Shown here: positions 46,975-48,865 of the stretch, piece by piece | Layout of the letters: each line of letters begins with the position of its first letter | Numbering within the stretch: position 1 is the stretch's first letter | NCBI GenBank assembly: GCA_001179505.1 | Contig: CDMY01000573.1 | Location: 1 to 48,865, forward strand | Source: Vitrella brassicaformis CCMP3155 | Lineage: Eukaryota > Protista > Chromerida | DNA length: 48,865 nt | Direction: 5' to 3' | Program-made: the position numbers and the translations under genes | Notes under the pieces: model-generated | The model's database searches: none | Seen by the model: the letters and a program-made list of their open reading frames with translations, nothing else | Told to the model about the DNA's origin: nothing

Positions 46975-48231
46975 TCACGGCACCGGTTGCGGCGTGTGGC
47001 TGTTGGCGGGGTTGGGAGGGCGGGGATGTCTGTTAAGGCGCGTGTCGATCTTGGCCTTCGCGCCTTTTACCCTCCCTCCGTCCCACACCCTCCGCCATGC
47101 CCTCTCCTCCCGCTGGCGCAGCTCGTCCTGGCTGGGGATGCCGCCCTTGCCCGTGGCTACCCAGGGCTGGCGGCGCTCCCCTTTGGGAGGGGTGGGGGCG
47201 GAGTCGAGGGACTTAAGTTGCGCGGCCTTTGGTGGCGGCGCGAGGGGCAGGGTGTGGAGGGTGGTGGTGGCACTGGCCTGGTGTTTGGGCATCCACAGGT
47301 CATCGATGTGCTCAATGGCCTGGATGCAATGCAGACGAAACCCCGACGCTCTACCCTCCTTGTTTGTATGTGCTTGGGCGTGTGCATGTGGAGTGAGGCA
47401 AGCCTGCACCCGCTCACCGGCTCGGTGTGGTAAATGCCACGCTTCAGCCGTCGCACCAGGTCTGCAGCCTCTTTAGTCTGCAATACAAGTCGAACAAATC
47501 AGACAAACCAACCACACACCCAACAATGTCGTGTGTGTGTGTGTGTGTGTGTTGGGGAGGGGGGCGGACCTGCGTCTCCGGCGACACCTGCAGCCGGCGC
47601 AGGCTGCTCTCGAGCTCCGCCAGCTTAGTGGCCACACACACACCGCCGCCCCCCACCCCCACAGCCCCGGTCGAGCCGCCCGCCGCCGGAGCACCGCCCC
47701 CCTTCTGCAGCCGCAGCTGGGCCGCAGCAGCCCGCATCAGGCGGGCCTCCTCAGCGGCCTCACGCTGCTCGCGGAGGGGCGACACGTCCTCATGGCCTGC
47801 ACACAAGACAAAGAGGGAGGAGCGGATGAGATGAAGGCACGCTCATATTGCAGGGCGGTGGCTGCGTCCCGCGCCTACCGACCAAGGAGCGGCGAATGTG
47901 GTCCTTCTGCTCCTTGCTCACGCCAGCGTCGATGATCAGGCGCAGCTGGTCCCCCTTGGCCTTCATGCTGGCCCCGCTGCTCAGGATGGTGATGATCTCC
48001 TCAGAGATGTCGGCGTCCTTCTGCCCCTCCAACCTAACCTTATTGGCTGCAGACAGAACACGACAGAAAGCATCCATGCATCTTGGCAACCACCACCTGG
48101 CCGTCCTCTATCGTGTGCTCACCGTCCCGCCCCTTCTTGCCCGTCTTGCTCTTTTTGTACTTGCTCATCTCCTTGTGGTGCGGGCCGTCTGCAAACGGCC
48201 TGCCGGGCCGCCAGCCGTCGCGCCCCGACAT
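46975..48231 (-). CDS. Family-A copy b, apparently complete five-exon gene; unknown function
   Basis: MSGRDGWRPG...; ANKVRLEGQKDAD...; DVSPLREQREAAEEARL...; TKEAADLVRRLKRGIYHTEP; AIEHIDDL...QPVP*. Confidence 0.6.
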
Positions 48232-48236
48232 GGATC

Positions 48237-48336
48237 ACACTCCACGGTGACCGTCGCCCCTCTCGCCCTGCATGGCCACTGCAAACAAAGACAGACATAC
48301 CGACAGCCACACAGTCGTCTGTGTCTCGTGTTGTGT

Positions 48337-48372
<36 letters not shown>

Positions 48373-48781
48373 TCTGTGCCTGACCCTTCACGGAATCGAG
48401 CAACGTGAGGCATTCGGCCACCCCCTGCTGGCCCTTCCGCACCATCTCACGCAACTCCTCGCCACTAAGCCCCTCTCCCCCCTGTTTGGTTGGAGGCATC
48501 CATATATATGTGTGTGTGTGTGTGTGTGTTGGGGAGGGGGGGCGGACCTGCTTGTACGCAAGAGACCCCTGGAGGCGCCGTAGGCCGCTCTCCAGGTCGG
48601 CAACCTTAGCGGCATCCACACACACACCCCCGCCCCCCGACCCCCACAGCCCCGGTCGAGCCGCCCGCCGCCGGAGCACCGCCACCCTTCTGCAGATGCA
48701 GCTGGGCCACGCGATCCCGCAGCAGCCGGGCTTCCTCAGCGCCCTCACGCTGGTCCCGGAAGGGCGATGCGTCCTGGTGTC
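48237..48781 (-). CDS. Family-A 3' exons (GHQDASPFRDQREGAEEARL...), phase-compatible with exon 2 at 207-40 if the window ends are joined
   Basis: Paralogous to exon 3 of copy b and preceded by the same 82-bp intron (48863-48782). Confidence 0.55.
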
Positions 48782-48824
48782 CTGCACACAAGACAAAGAG
48801 GGAGGAGCGGATGAGATGAAGGCA

Positions 48825-48865
48825 CGCTCATATTGCAGGGCGGTGGCTGCGTCCCGCGCCTACCG
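48825..48865. repeat. 41-bp terminal direct repeat identical to positions 1-41
   Basis: cgctcatattgcagggcggtggctgcgtcccgcgcctaccg occurs at both ends and internally near 46398 and 47840. Confidence 0.95.

Noticed and set aside
1-48865. CRISPR arrays, rRNA or tRNA genes, transposase or reverse transcriptase
   Set aside because: None were recognised; the repeats present are microsatellites and gene-family duplications.

Overview
Intron-rich, GC-rich eukaryotic nuclear DNA with short (~70-100 bp) microsatellite-filled introns. The style suggests a chromerid alveolate such as Vitrella brassicaformis (inference, not searched). Contents in order: one copy of a tandem gene family at the left end; a RING-CH-like membrane protein and a multi-TM ORF; a head-to-head pair of secreted 4xPAN/Apple + GH10 genes whose first exons form a near-identical inverted repeat; SAP30BP-like; a 110-aa protein; a low-complexity gene; PUS3/DEG1; a large formin; a MoCF/CinA-domain protein with a plastid-type leader; a GT-B-like type II membrane protein; a PUB-domain gene; and tandem gene families with two N-gaps at the right end. 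Best finding: the PUB gene (minus, 40448-38588) ends ...PPPPRGG-UGA-R-UAA and has a canonical type II SECIS at 38426-38355. This points to a soluble PUB-domain selenoprotein with a SelK-like tail. The first and last 41 bp of the window are identical, and joining them restores a spliced gene. All gene models were spliced by hand.
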